From a virus, in the IMG/VR virus record IMGVR_UViG_3300043496_000175, positions 32,001-96,000 of that record: a stretch of DNA of 64,000 nucleotides; one strand, written 5' to 3'. Shown one piece after another: positions 19,610 through 28,255 of this stretch (its first letter is position 1; every line of letters begins with the position of its first letter). The translations under genes and the position numbers were made by a program. The notes under the pieces were generated by a model. It saw nothing but the letters and a program-made list of their open reading frames with translations. It was not told where the DNA came from and ran no database searches.

Positions 19610-20353
19610 ATGAAGCTGCTTGAGGCCGCGCAGGTCAACCAGGGGTCCGAGCGTTGGACCAGTGGGTACAACTCCACGGCGCGGGAGTGTGGTGTCAACC
19701 TGCGGCTCACCGATGCCTGCGAAGAGACCAGCGTTGACCTGGTGGGCACCGATGCATCCGAAGCCAGCGCGTACCACGTCAATCCGTTCTCCATCGAGGC
19801 CCAGCTCAACCGCAGCGTGCTGTGTGAGCGGCCGGATGACCAGGCATGGGTGGAGAAGGCACTGGAAGCCAACCTCGAATACCCGCTGAGTCGGGCCCTG
19901 GTGATCCAGCCGATCGCTGAGACGGATTCCTGGCTCAACCACGCCGACGTCCAAGAGGTTGCTCTGGCTGGGAACACCGCAGACAACTACCGGACAGCCG
20001 TGGTGGCCGCCCGCAAGCTCTGGTACGAATCAGTCCTGAGCCTGGAGGGCCAGCCGATCTTCCACGTCCCGCCGAGCATCGCGCCGATCCTGGTCACCGC
20101 CGGTGTCCTGCAGATCGACGGCGGAGGCAAGGCCGTCACCATCTGGGGTGAACCGGTGGTGATCTCCAACGGCTATGAGATGAGCACACCACGGGCGTTC
20201 TTCACCGGGCCGATCAAGATCGAGTACACCTCGGTGCAGAGCAACGACATCCTGCGGCACGCCCGGATGAACAATTCCTCCATCGTGGCCAACGTCCTGG
20301 CCATCGTGGACACACCGCCGTGCGCCATCGTCCGAATTGGTGACTACGCCTAA
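19610..20353 (+). CDS. capsid-related protein (putative pentamer/decoration capsid protein)
   Basis: Resembles the gene that follows the capsid in cluster-B-like phages (ERW.SG, PFSI, LE.PLSRAL, T.WG.PVVI.NGY); AAGGA RBS. Confidence 0.45.
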   Translation: MKLLEAAQVNQGSERWTSGYNSTARECGVNLRLTDACEETSVDLVGTDASEASAYHVNPFSIEAQLNRSVLCERPDDQAWVEKALEANLEYPLSRALVIQPIAETDSWLNHADVQEVALAGNTADNYRTAVVAARKLWYESVLSLEGQPIFHVPPSIAPILVTAGVLQIDGGGKAVTIWGEPVVISNGYEMSTPRAFFTGPIKIEYTSVQSNDILRHARMNNSSIVANVLAIVDTPPCAIVRIGDYA

Positions 20354-20382
20354 CTGTTGATCGAAACCGCTATACTCCGAAC

Positions 20383-20640
20383 ATGTTGAAGGCCATCGCC
20401 CCTCGTGAGAAGCCCTTCAACAAGGGACCCAGGACGCCGGTGGATCACATGATCATCCAGGTGCTGACCGAGAACGGCCCATCCGAACCGCGCACCATCC
20501 GGGATCTGATTCCGGATTCGGACCTGCAGTACATCCATGCACGGTTACGGCGGATGGTCAGTCGCGGGGCGATCCAGCAGGTCAAGACTCCTGGTGGCCC
20601 GCGCCGGGGCCCGGGATCCAGTCTCTACCAGCTGCCATGA
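20383..20640 (+). CDS. winged helix-turn-helix protein
   Basis: wHTH-like (YIHARLRRMVSRGAI); TATACT 6 nt upstream of ATG (leaderless). Confidence 0.6.
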   Translation: MLKAIAPREKPFNKGPRTPVDHMIIQVLTENGPSEPRTIRDLIPDSDLQYIHARLRRMVSRGAIQQVKTPGGPRRGPGSSLYQLP

Positions 20641-21110
20641 TCCGCACCGTCAGGGACGGGGAGCGGATCCTGCGATTCGAGGCTGACGTTATCGCCACCG
20701 CCAGCTCACATCGGCCAGGTGCACCGCGCTGGAGTGAGCTGGTGGTGTACCGGCTGCCGAGCCAGCAGTACGTCATCTCGAAGATAGGCCGATCGGTACT
20801 CGCGCACCGGCCGGACTGTGTCCGTGTCACCGGAGAGATGCCTACCTGGCTGGAAGCCGGGGAAGAGGCTCGCGTGCATCGCGAGCCCTGCCTTGAGTGC
20901 ATGCCGGACGTCGGGGACGCCATGGACCCACAAACCGTGCTGGAAGCCACCAGGTCCAAAGTTCTTCAAGCCAGGGACCCAGAACACCTGTATCGCGCCC
21001 TGATGAACAACAGAACCGGACGCCCTGCTCCAATCGTGTCATCAGTCCTACGGCAGCTCCGTGATCATGACTCTGCGTTCGCAGATTGGTCCGCTGTAAC
21101 AAGCGTGTAG
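20637..21110 (+). CDS. hypothetical protein
   Basis: ATGA coupling; RWSELVVYR..YV motif. Confidence 0.65.
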   Translation: MIRTVRDGERILRFEADVIATASSHRPGAPRWSELVVYRLPSQQYVISKIGRSVLAHRPDCVRVTGEMPTWLEAGEEARVHREPCLECMPDVGDAMDPQTVLEATRSKVLQARDPEHLYRALMNNRTGRPAPIVSSVLRQLRDHDSAFADWSAVTSV

Positions 21111-21168
21111 CTGCCAGTAATCAGGGATACTTCGGCTGAAGACTTGTTTCAATGTCGAAGGAGCGCCA

Positions 21169-21762
21169 ATGGGCCGCATACGACGCTTCATTTTCGGCCA
21201 GCCGGGGTGGTCCGACTACCTCTTCCAGATACCTCCTAAGCAACCGGACGCCAGAGCCGTTTACCTCGCCGGGACTGGTTTGATCACCGCGATCCGGGGT
21301 GCGCAGACGGTGTGGGGCCAACCACCGCAAGCCTGGCTGTTTGTAGAACTTGGCTCGGTGTTCGTGCTGTTCTGGGGATGGGTCTGGATTGCGGTAGGTG
21401 TCATCACTCTTTTGGTGGCTGCCACGGGGCACCGACACCCCGACTGGGATCGACTCAGTGCATTCAGCATGCTGATGCTCTGGTTCGTCTGGGGTCTGAT
21501 CTACCTAGTTAGCGCATGGTTGGCTCCAACGAGTGACCGAAGGCTCATTGACCTGTATGCCGGTCTCGGGTTAATTTTCACGGGAATCATTCTGTCAGCC
21601 GGTGTTATCCAGGGCCTACGGAAGACTCACGAGATCTACCTGCGAGAGCAGTCCGAGAAGGCCCGGCGGGATCTTGAAGTCACTCTCATCGAGGTGACCA
21701 AGGAGAACGAGAGGCTCCGCTTGGACTGTGAGCACCTACGCAGGCCGGAGGTCGAGCTGTGA
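21169..21762 (+). CDS. multi-pass membrane protein (holin candidate)
   Basis: Four hydrophobic segments upstream of endolysin; AAGGAG RBS. Confidence 0.6.
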   Translation: MGRIRRFIFGQPGWSDYLFQIPPKQPDARAVYLAGTGLITAIRGAQTVWGQPPQAWLFVELGSVFVLFWGWVWIAVGVITLLVAATGHRHPDWDRLSAFSMLMLWFVWGLIYLVSAWLAPTSDRRLIDLYAGLGLIFTGIILSAGVIQGLRKTHEIYLREQSEKARRDLEVTLIEVTKENERLRLDCEHLRRPEVEL

Positions 21763-22232
21763 CCTTTGAACAGGCAATCGCGATCATCGTCGTCGCCATC
21801 ATCACGGCGGCGGGGAGTATCTACGCAGCACGGAAGTCAGCGAAAAACGACCAGAACCGGATCAACCAGGCCATGGTCACGGTGCTCGGGGTGGAGCGCG
21901 AAAAGATCGCGGCGGAACTGGATCGGGCAACCATCCGGACCAACGCTACGAATGAGCAGTTGGAAAAGGTGGGGACCGACTTGAGAGCTGCGAAAGAAGA
22001 GTTGACCGAAGTCAGGATCACTCACAGGGAAGCCATAGCCGAGAAGGACGCCACGATCAGGGAACGTGACGCTACGATCCGGGAGGTACAGGCTCGTACC
22101 ATCGAGCTGGAAGCCATGTTGAACGCCTGCCGAACCGAGCTGGGACAGGTGCGTGCAGAGCTGCAGAACGCCTTGACGTTGATCCACCAGCAGGCGCAGC
22201 AGCTTCAAACGCAAAGGAACGGCCAGTCCTAG
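21759..22232 (+). CDS. membrane-anchored coiled-coil protein (lysis module)
   Basis: N-terminal TM + heptad-rich C-terminus; GTGA coupling. Confidence 0.65.
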   Translation: MTFEQAIAIIVVAIITAAGSIYAARKSAKNDQNRINQAMVTVLGVEREKIAAELDRATIRTNATNEQLEKVGTDLRAAKEELTEVRITHREAIAEKDATIRERDATIREVQARTIELEAMLNACRTELGQVRAELQNALTLIHQQAQQLQTQRNGQS

Positions 22233-22247
22233 CCAGGAGGCTCCGTA

Positions 22248-23378
22248 GTGTCTCTCGACCAGTGGCCAGCAGCGTTCAAAGCTGCTGGCCTTTCCGTACA
22301 GCTACACAACGGGTTCCCCAACACATCCAAACCGCAGGGCTCACTGAACAGCCCGCTGATGTCCTTGTATGTCCACCATGACGCCACCCCGGCTGGGCCG
22401 ACGCCCGGCGCGTTGAACTGGATCATTGACTCCTACAATTCCGGTTCTCCCAGCGCCCAGCTTTGGCTGGACACCTCGGGTGTCTGGCACTTCTGCGGAG
22501 CTGGAGTGGCCTCCCACGCCGGGGTGGTCCGGGGTGGGCTCACCAACCGGAACTCGGTGGGTGTGGAGACGGATCACACCGTCAACGAGTTGTACCCAGC
22601 ACCCATGATGTCCAGCCTACTCAAAGGCTGTGCAGTGGCTTGCAAGGTGGAGAAGCGGCAGGCGGATTTCATCACCTTCCACAAGATCGAAGCGTCTCCG
22701 CGAGGCCGCAAGCAGGACCCATGGCTCACCCAGGCCAGCAACACCCAAGCCAACTGGGACAAGGAGCTGGCCGATTTCCGCGCCAAGGTTCAGATCCTGA
22801 TCAGTACCGGCGGCAACATAGACATTCCCACTGGCCCCAACATCCCATCTGAAGGAGATTGGTTCGACATGGCAACGGAAGCGGATCTGGAACGGGTCGT
22901 TGACAAAAAGCTCCAGCAGTATGCTGCGCACTACGGTCGTGAGTCAGTCAAGGCACTGATCAATCAGCAGACGAACGCTACTGGACAGCCGGATTACTAC
23001 CCCTACGGTGACACCGCGAAGACGCAGATCGCTGACACAGTGTGGAACAAGGGCATTAAGTCTTCCGTGGACGGACAGACCTATTCGGCGGCCGGATACC
23101 TGGCGTCGAGTGATTGGCGCATCCAGGATATTCAGTCGCGGATGAGCACATTGTCCCGGGCTGAGTTGAATGAGGTTGCTCGGTGGATCGTTGCAGAACT
23201 TGATGGCGATGCTTCCACCACTACCACTGCGACGTACACCGTCAAGTCCGGCGACACCTTCACCAGCATCGCCACAGCTCACGGCATCAGCGTGGACCAG
23301 CTCAAGGAGCTGAATCCGAAGGTCACCGACATCAACAACATCAACCCTGGGGATGTTTTGAACGTCCCAAAAGCGTAG
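22248..23378 (+). CDS. endolysin, amidase_2 + LysM
   Basis: VHHDA, SHAG, NSVGVE, FHK..RKQDP zinc-amidase motifs; C-terminal YTVKSGDT..IATAHG..LNP LysM. Confidence 0.9.
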   Translation: MSLDQWPAAFKAAGLSVQLHNGFPNTSKPQGSLNSPLMSLYVHHDATPAGPTPGALNWIIDSYNSGSPSAQLWLDTSGVWHFCGAGVASHAGVVRGGLTNRNSVGVETDHTVNELYPAPMMSSLLKGCAVACKVEKRQADFITFHKIEASPRGRKQDPWLTQASNTQANWDKELADFRAKVQILISTGGNIDIPTGPNIPSEGDWFDMATEADLERVVDKKLQQYAAHYGRESVKALINQQTNATGQPDYYPYGDTAKTQIADTVWNKGIKSSVDGQTYSAAGYLASSDWRIQDIQSRMSTLSRAELNEVARWIVAELDGDASTTTTATYTVKSGDTFTSIATAHGISVDQLKELNPKVTDINNINPGDVLNVPKA

Positions 23379-23896
23379 AGCCCGCGATCGACAAGCGGGA
23401 CAAGTACCGGGCGCAAGTTGATCAAGCAGTCGAGGACTTCGGAAACCTGCGTCCCACCAAGTGGGGACCTTTGCCCAGGGCCCGCGCCAAGCGGATCTCC
23501 TACCGCACGATCTTCGCAGAGACTGACTGGCGGAACCTGGCGAACGCATCGGTGCCGGAGAGTTTGAACTACCCCAACGATGGGCAAGGCAAGGACAAGG
23601 ACTCAGTCGGGCTCTACCAGCAGCGTGCTCGCTGGTGGGGGACCACGATGGGTTCGATGGATCCGTACATCGCCACCACGCGGTTCCTGGACCGGATGCT
23701 GCAGAACGCGCCGAGCTGGTTCACCACCGATGAAGCGGAGGTAGCTCAGATGGTGCAGGGCTCGCAGTACGACGGCGTTACGATTGATCCCGTCACCCGA
23801 AAGCCTTACCCTTTTGCTCAGAATTACCGCGATCGGGATGCTCAGACGGCGGCGATGGAGCGGGACCTGAGCTACTACGGAAACGGGGGCAAGTAG
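23372..23896 (+). CDS. lysozyme/transglycosylase-like domain, probably reached by -1 frameshift from endolysin (alternative TTG start 23471)
   Basis: AET.WRNLAN..VPESL..DSVGLYQQR..WG..MDP..AQMVQGS motif; frame open through endolysin end; CCCAAAA at 23366-72. Confidence 0.7.
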   Translation, partial: SVEPAIDKRDKYRAQVDQAVEDFGNLRPTKWGPLPRARAKRISYRTIFAETDWRNLANASVPESLNYPNDGQGKDKDSVGLYQQRARWWGTTMGSMDPYIATTRFLDRMLQNAPSWFTTDEAEVAQMVQGSQYDGVTIDPVTRKPYPFAQNYRDRDAQTAAMERDLSYYGNGGK

Positions 23897-24337
23897 GTGC
23901 CCGAGGAAGTACACATCCACGTTCACGTCCACACCGGTGGCACGAGCGAAGAACACACCCAGATCCTGGACGCCGTCCAGGAACTAACAGAAGGAGTCGC
24001 CAGCATGGCAGCAGATCTCTCCGGCCTCACCAATGAGGTATCGGAACAGGAAACCACCGTCGCCGGTGCGGTTGCACTGATCAACGGTTTCGGCGCTCAG
24101 CTCGATGAGCTGCTCCAGCAGGCGGAAGAGGGCCGCGTTGACGTGGCCGCCATCTCCGCTCTCAAGGACCGGCTCGACGCCTCCACCAACTCCCTGGCCG
24201 AGGCCGTTACGGCCAACACCCCGGAGTCCCCGGAGGAGCCGCCGGTTGAGGAACCGCCGGTGGAAGAGCCGCCCGTCGAGGAGCCTCCGGTTGACGAAGA
24301 GCCCGCGCCGCCGGTGGAGGGCAACGTCAACCCGTGA
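23897..24337 (+). CDS. hypothetical coiled-coil protein with EEPPV repeats
   Basis: ORF; alternative ATG at 24005 has AAGGAG RBS. Confidence 0.6.
   Translation: MPEEVHIHVHVHTGGTSEEHTQILDAVQELTEGVASMAADLSGLTNEVSEQETTVAGAVALINGFGAQLDELLQQAEEGRVDVAAISALKDRLDASTNSLAEAVTANTPESPEEPPVEEPPVEEPPVEEPPVDEEPAPPVEGNVNP
24233..24292 (+). repeat. 4x 15-bp imperfect coding tandem repeat (EEPPV)
   Basis: gaggagccgccggtt / gaggaaccgccggtg / gaagagccgcccgtc / gaggagcctccggtt. Confidence 0.85.
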
Positions 24338-24574
24338 TCACAGCTTGGTGACTTCGGACGGCCGGTAGTAGTAGACCCGGCCACCAATCTCCACGCCGAC
24401 TTCGCCCATATTGTGATTGTCAACAACCCCCGTGCGGCCATTGAAGTGGCCGCCGGGGGTTGTCCCTATTTTGACCCTGGCACCCACCGGCAGCCCGGTG
24501 ATCCGTTCGTACGTCCGAACGTTCTCTTCCTTGGTGATCTTCGCCTTGGCGGCGGATTCCTTCGTTCCTACCAT
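24338..24574 (-). CDS. hypothetical protein (SH3/KOW-like)
   Basis: VGARVKI..GHFNGRTGVV pattern; AAGGA RBS. Confidence 0.6.
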   Translation of the reverse strand: MVGTKESAAKAKITKEENVRTYERITGLPVGARVKIGTTPGGHFNGRTGVVDNHNMGEVGVEIGGRVYYYRPSEVTKL

Positions 24575-24599
24575 CGGTCGTCCACGTCCTTCTCAGTTG

Positions 24600-25589
24600 T
24601 CATGCGCGCTGGCGTGAGCGAATCGCTCGCACCGTCTGGTTGCTTTGGGATGGACGCAAGCGCGGAATGTCCTGGTCCTTGGTGTTCAAGCTGGCGATCC
24701 TGCTCCGCACCTCGTGCTGTACCGCCGTCGTCACATCCGGCGTCGTCCCCTCCGGGGATTCGTGGGCAGACTGTAGTGAATGGGCTCCCCATTGGTACGC
24801 CTCCTGCGTCTTGGTGGCGACCCACTGGTTGTGGATCTCATCCCGGAAGCTGTGAGCCATCACGGTAGGGCTGGCCGTGGCTTCCAGGTGCTGGAGACCG
24901 TACTGCGTGCGATCTACGTTTCCAAGCGGTAGAGAGGAATCCCACTCCGTTGACCTGGCAATACGGGAGATCGGTAGCTGTCCGTGGAGGATTCCGGTCC
25001 GGGACTTGACCATCCCGGGGATGTTCTGGTCTTCGCCGCGCATGTAGGTCTCCACAGCGACAGCACTCGCACGGACCCCGTAACTCTCCAGGTGACCGAT
25101 CGCCTTGGCGATGTGCTGGTTCAGCGGCTGCTGGAACTCTTCGGGGTCCAGTGTCCTGAGCACCTCAGCGCCCTTCTGGCTGAACAAAGCAGTGGCGATG
25201 AGGGCTTTCTCGGCGGTGGGGTTCCCGATAGGCGTACCAGGCATTGAGGGTGCCAATGCTTGCCACTGGGCAGCACGAGCATCTTCTGCAGCACTCTGAA
25301 GTTCCTGAGCTGCAATCACCCGCTGGCGGTCTGCCACGATAGCTGCGTTACGGCGAGCCATCTCTTCCTTGCTCAGTTCCATTTCGGGTGCCTTCTCTCG
25401 GTGGAGCATCCTGTCCTTGAGCAGCGGCCCTGGGTTTTCCTTCTCCCAGTCGCGGGTCTCTTCTGCGTACCCGAGGCCGCCGTTGTCACGCTTGACTTCC
25501 CACGCAGCTCGATCAGCGCGGTGCTCCTGCACCCACAGACGGTGGGCGCAGGAGCTGGCGCAGGCTCTCATGCCTGGTGAGCAGGGCAT
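24600..25589 (-). CDS. protein with DnaB N-terminal-like domain
   Basis: AEKALIATAL...LDPEEF..PLNQHIAKAI motif; no ATPase motifs; TGATG coupling. Confidence 0.6.
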   Translation of the reverse strand: MPCSPGMRACASSCAHRLWVQEHRADRAAWEVKRDNGGLGYAEETRDWEKENPGPLLKDRMLHREKAPEMELSKEEMARRNAAIVADRQRVIAAQELQSAAEDARAAQWQALAPSMPGTPIGNPTAEKALIATALFSQKGAEVLRTLDPEEFQQPLNQHIAKAIGHLESYGVRASAVAVETYMRGEDQNIPGMVKSRTGILHGQLPISRIARSTEWDSSLPLGNVDRTQYGLQHLEATASPTVMAHSFRDEIHNQWVATKTQEAYQWGAHSLQSAHESPEGTTPDVTTAVQHEVRSRIASLNTKDQDIPRLRPSQSNQTVRAIRSRQRA

Positions 25590-26068
25590 CAGGCCTCCAG
25601 TAGTTCTCTCAGGTTGAACTTCTTCCCGAGACAATCCTGGATGGTGACGTGAGCCCCTGAGAACCCGCGAAAGTGGTTGTCGTACAGCAGGCAGTGACTA
25701 GGCATGGTCACCTGTTGTCGGATGAACATCTCACCCTCCTTAGTCACTCTCCACCACCCAGCGCGTCCACCGTCTTCACGCTTCTCCTCGGCTTCTTCCA
25801 CCAAGCCCCAGTAGCGGAGTTTGCCCTCTTCACGGGTTCCGCCGAGACAGACCTTGGTGACATCCACGAACCATGTGGTGCCTCCCGCCTTGTACATCTG
25901 AATCAGTGAACGAGCCATCCCTGAGTTCAGTTTTCGGCGGTACTGCTTGGCGAGCTGGGTGCAGCAGGGGCATTTGGCTCCCTGTGCGTTGATGACCTGG
26001 TCACGGATCCAGGAGCGTGCTTCTCCCAGGGTGGCGTTCATGCCTCCGGGGAAGTCTGGGAGGTCCAT
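25589..26068 (-). CDS. hypothetical protein (CPCC motif)
   Basis: Clean ORF with RBS. Confidence 0.65.
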   Translation of the reverse strand: MDLPDFPGGMNATLGEARSWIRDQVINAQGAKCPCCTQLAKQYRRKLNSGMARSLIQMYKAGGTTWFVDVTKVCLGGTREEGKLRYWGLVEEAEEKREDGGRAGWWRVTKEGEMFIRQQVTMPSHCLLYDNHFRGFSGAHVTIQDCLGKKFNLRELLEA

Positions 26069-26086
26069 TGCTCGGACGGGCCTTTC

Positions 26087-26881
26087 CTAGTTATGTGACG
26101 CGGCGGGACGCCGACGCCGGTGCGCTGCGTACAGGAGCAGTCCGCCAAGAGCGACAGTGGCGATCCCGATGTACAGCAACTGAACGGTGTTGAGCCCGGT
26201 GTAGGCCAACGACTCAACACTACCGGATGCTCCGGTATCAAGCAATACCGGGGCCGCCGCTACTGTTGAGGTGAGGTAGCTAGTGGTCGGTGCGCCGTTG
26301 ACGTAGTTCACGATCGGCTGGATCACGCGCTCCTGGACCTGCAGCACGGTTTCGTTGTCACCCTGCACGGTCTCGGTGGCGATGACCGTCTTGGTGACTT
26401 CATGCGTCACGTCGTTGACCGAGATGACTGTCTTCTCCGCCGTTACCGTAGCCGTGGAAACATCGATCGCCGTGGTGATCGCGGTTTCCGTGGCCGTTTC
26501 GGTGGCGGTCGTGGTGATGGTTCCCACCGTGACGGTGCTGGTGACAGTAGCACCGGTTTCGGTCACCGTTGTGGTACCGCCCGGTGCGGTAACTGTCGCC
26601 GTCTCGGTGACCGTGTCCCCTGGAAGCTGCTCAGTGACCGTTGCCGTCTGGTGATCGGTGACCGTGGTGTAGACGTCCTCGTAGACGGTCGTCGGGACCT
26701 CTTCGTAGACGGTGGTGGGGACGTCCACGTAGCAGGTAACCGTCACGGTGACGGTTGTCGGGGGTGGTGTGCACCCGTACTGGCAGCCACCGTGGTCACC
26801 GGTAGCGAGTGCGGCGGTTGCCGATAGCAGCATCAGACCGGCGGAGAGTCCACCGACTGTGAGAACGGAACGGAGGTTCAT
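26087..26881 (-). CDS. secreted Thr-rich protein with LAYTG sortase-type anchor
   Basis: Signal peptide (..AALA), Thr/Val-rich body, LAYTG + TM helix + RRRR tail; AAAGGA RBS. Confidence 0.8.
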   Translation of the reverse strand: MNLRSVLTVGGLSAGLMLLSATAALATGDHGGCQYGCTPPPTTVTVTVTCYVDVPTTVYEEVPTTVYEDVYTTVTDHQTATVTEQLPGDTVTETATVTAPGGTTTVTETGATVTSTVTVGTITTTATETATETAITTAIDVSTATVTAEKTVISVNDVTHEVTKTVIATETVQGDNETVLQVQERVIQPIVNYVNGAPTTSYLTSTVAAAPVLLDTGASGSVESLAYTGLNTVQLLYIGIATVALGGLLLYAAHRRRRPAASHN

Positions 26882-26897
26882 GGGTGTCCTTTCAGGA

Positions 26898-27095
26898 CTA
26901 AGAGAGATCTCCAGGAGCGGCCGATGCCTGCTCCTGTGCCAGCACGAAGGCCGAGAGCTGATCCGGGTCTTCTACGTGCTGGTTGAACGTGGGCTCGGGC
27001 GGCGGATCAAGGAGATCGGCCGCCTCTCGTAGTTCGCGCGCGAGTGTTCCGCGTACATCGAACTTGAGCTTGACTTCGGCTTCGCCTAGATCCAT
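26898..27095 (-). CDS. hypothetical protein
   Basis: GAGG RBS; first gene of leftward block. Confidence 0.5.
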   Translation of the reverse strand: MDLGEAEVKLKFDVRGTLARELREAADLLDPPPEPTFNQHVEDPDQLSAFVLAQEQASAAPGDLS

Positions 27096-27136
27096 CTGGT
27101 GCCTCTCGTTCGTGAAGTTGTCGCTCCGTCATCATG

Positions 27137-27167
27137 AGAATAGCATGAGTATTGTCAACCTTGTCAA
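27137..27167 (-). promoter_or_regulatory. leftward promoter region with tandem TTGACA
   Basis: Minus strand TTGACAaggTTGACA...TGcTATTCT at the divergence point. Confidence 0.5.
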
Positions 27168-27195
27168 CAAGTTATCGGCGTGCTTCACTGGTCGG

Positions 27196-28179
27196 ATGCC
27201 GCTAGAACAGGTCTCTTACTCGTCCCTCAAACAGTGGTCAACGTGCCCCCGCCTCGGGTACTTCGGCCAATACCTCGGATTGGAGAAAAAGGAGCAGAAC
27301 CGCACGGGCGCAATGCCTTTCGGGTCACGGATCCACACCGCCCTGGAACTCTGGGGGCGCAGCGGATGGACCATCCCAGCCGCCACCATCTGGCAGAAGC
27401 TGATGGACCGGGAGTGGGAGATCGCAGAAGAGATGGCGTTCCCGCCAGAGGACCTGGACAAGGAATCCAAGATGGGCCAGATCATGCTCGAAGGCTTCGA
27501 GCAATGGCTGGAAGAGCAAGGTGTCTACGGCCACTGGAAGGTGGTGGGGATCGAAGTCAAGCTCTCCACCGTGCTGACCATCGAACTGGAGAGCGGGCAG
27601 CAGATCGACGTCTTGCTCAGAGGCAAGCTCGACGTCCTATCCCAGGACCAGCTCAGCGGTGATCTCTACGTGGAGGACTACAAGACGACGTCGTCCCTGA
27701 CCGAGGAGTCCAAGCTGGCGCTGCTCAACGAGAGCCAGGGTCCGATGTACGTGATCCTGGAGCGCCGCCAGGCCGGGCAGACCCAGCGGGTCTCCGGGTT
27801 CATCCTCACAATGCTCCGCAAGGTGATGCGCGGGCCGTCCAGCAAGCCGCCCTACTACAAGCGGTTGGTGGAGCCCTACACCGAGGACCGGCTCGCCGCC
27901 GCCGAGCAGAACGTCATCGCTCAGGTGGACCGGGTAGCCTCGATCGTCGGCAAGTTGGACGCCGGGGCAGACCATCGCAAGGTCGCGCCCTTCCAGACCA
28001 GTTGGCAGTGCAAGACCTGCCCTTACAAGCTCCCCTGCTACGAGATGCAGCAAGGTAACTTCTCCGGTGGAGAGCGAATGCTGCTGGACCTGTACGTCAA
28101 GGGAAACCCGTTGCAGCGCTACGAGGAAGACCCCGCCAACACCCTCACCGGACTTGGATTTCTTGACAAGGAGGTGTAG
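27196..28179 (+). CDS. Cas4/RecB-like PD-(D/E)XK exonuclease
   Basis: SYSSLKQWSTCPR, GSRIH, GKLD, EDYKT, CKTCPYKLPC. Confidence 0.85.
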   Translation: MPLEQVSYSSLKQWSTCPRLGYFGQYLGLEKKEQNRTGAMPFGSRIHTALELWGRSGWTIPAATIWQKLMDREWEIAEEMAFPPEDLDKESKMGQIMLEGFEQWLEEQGVYGHWKVVGIEVKLSTVLTIELESGQQIDVLLRGKLDVLSQDQLSGDLYVEDYKTTSSLTEESKLALLNESQGPMYVILERRQAGQTQRVSGFILTMLRKVMRGPSSKPPYYKRLVEPYTEDRLAAAEQNVIAQVDRVASIVGKLDAGADHRKVAPFQTSWQCKTCPYKLPCYEMQQGNFSGGERMLLDLYVKGNPLQRYEEDPANTLTGLGFLDKEV

Positions 28180-28255
28180 TATTGCAGAGCTATCAACAAG
28201 CGGTGAGGAGGGAAGAGCAGCAGTCCGCAGTCACTGTCAGTGAAAGGATCGTCCT

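Noticed and set aside
27196-28179. Cas4 as evidence of CRISPR-Cas
   Set aside because: Solo Cas4/RecB-like nucleases beside ATPase and SSB genes are normal phage recombination genes
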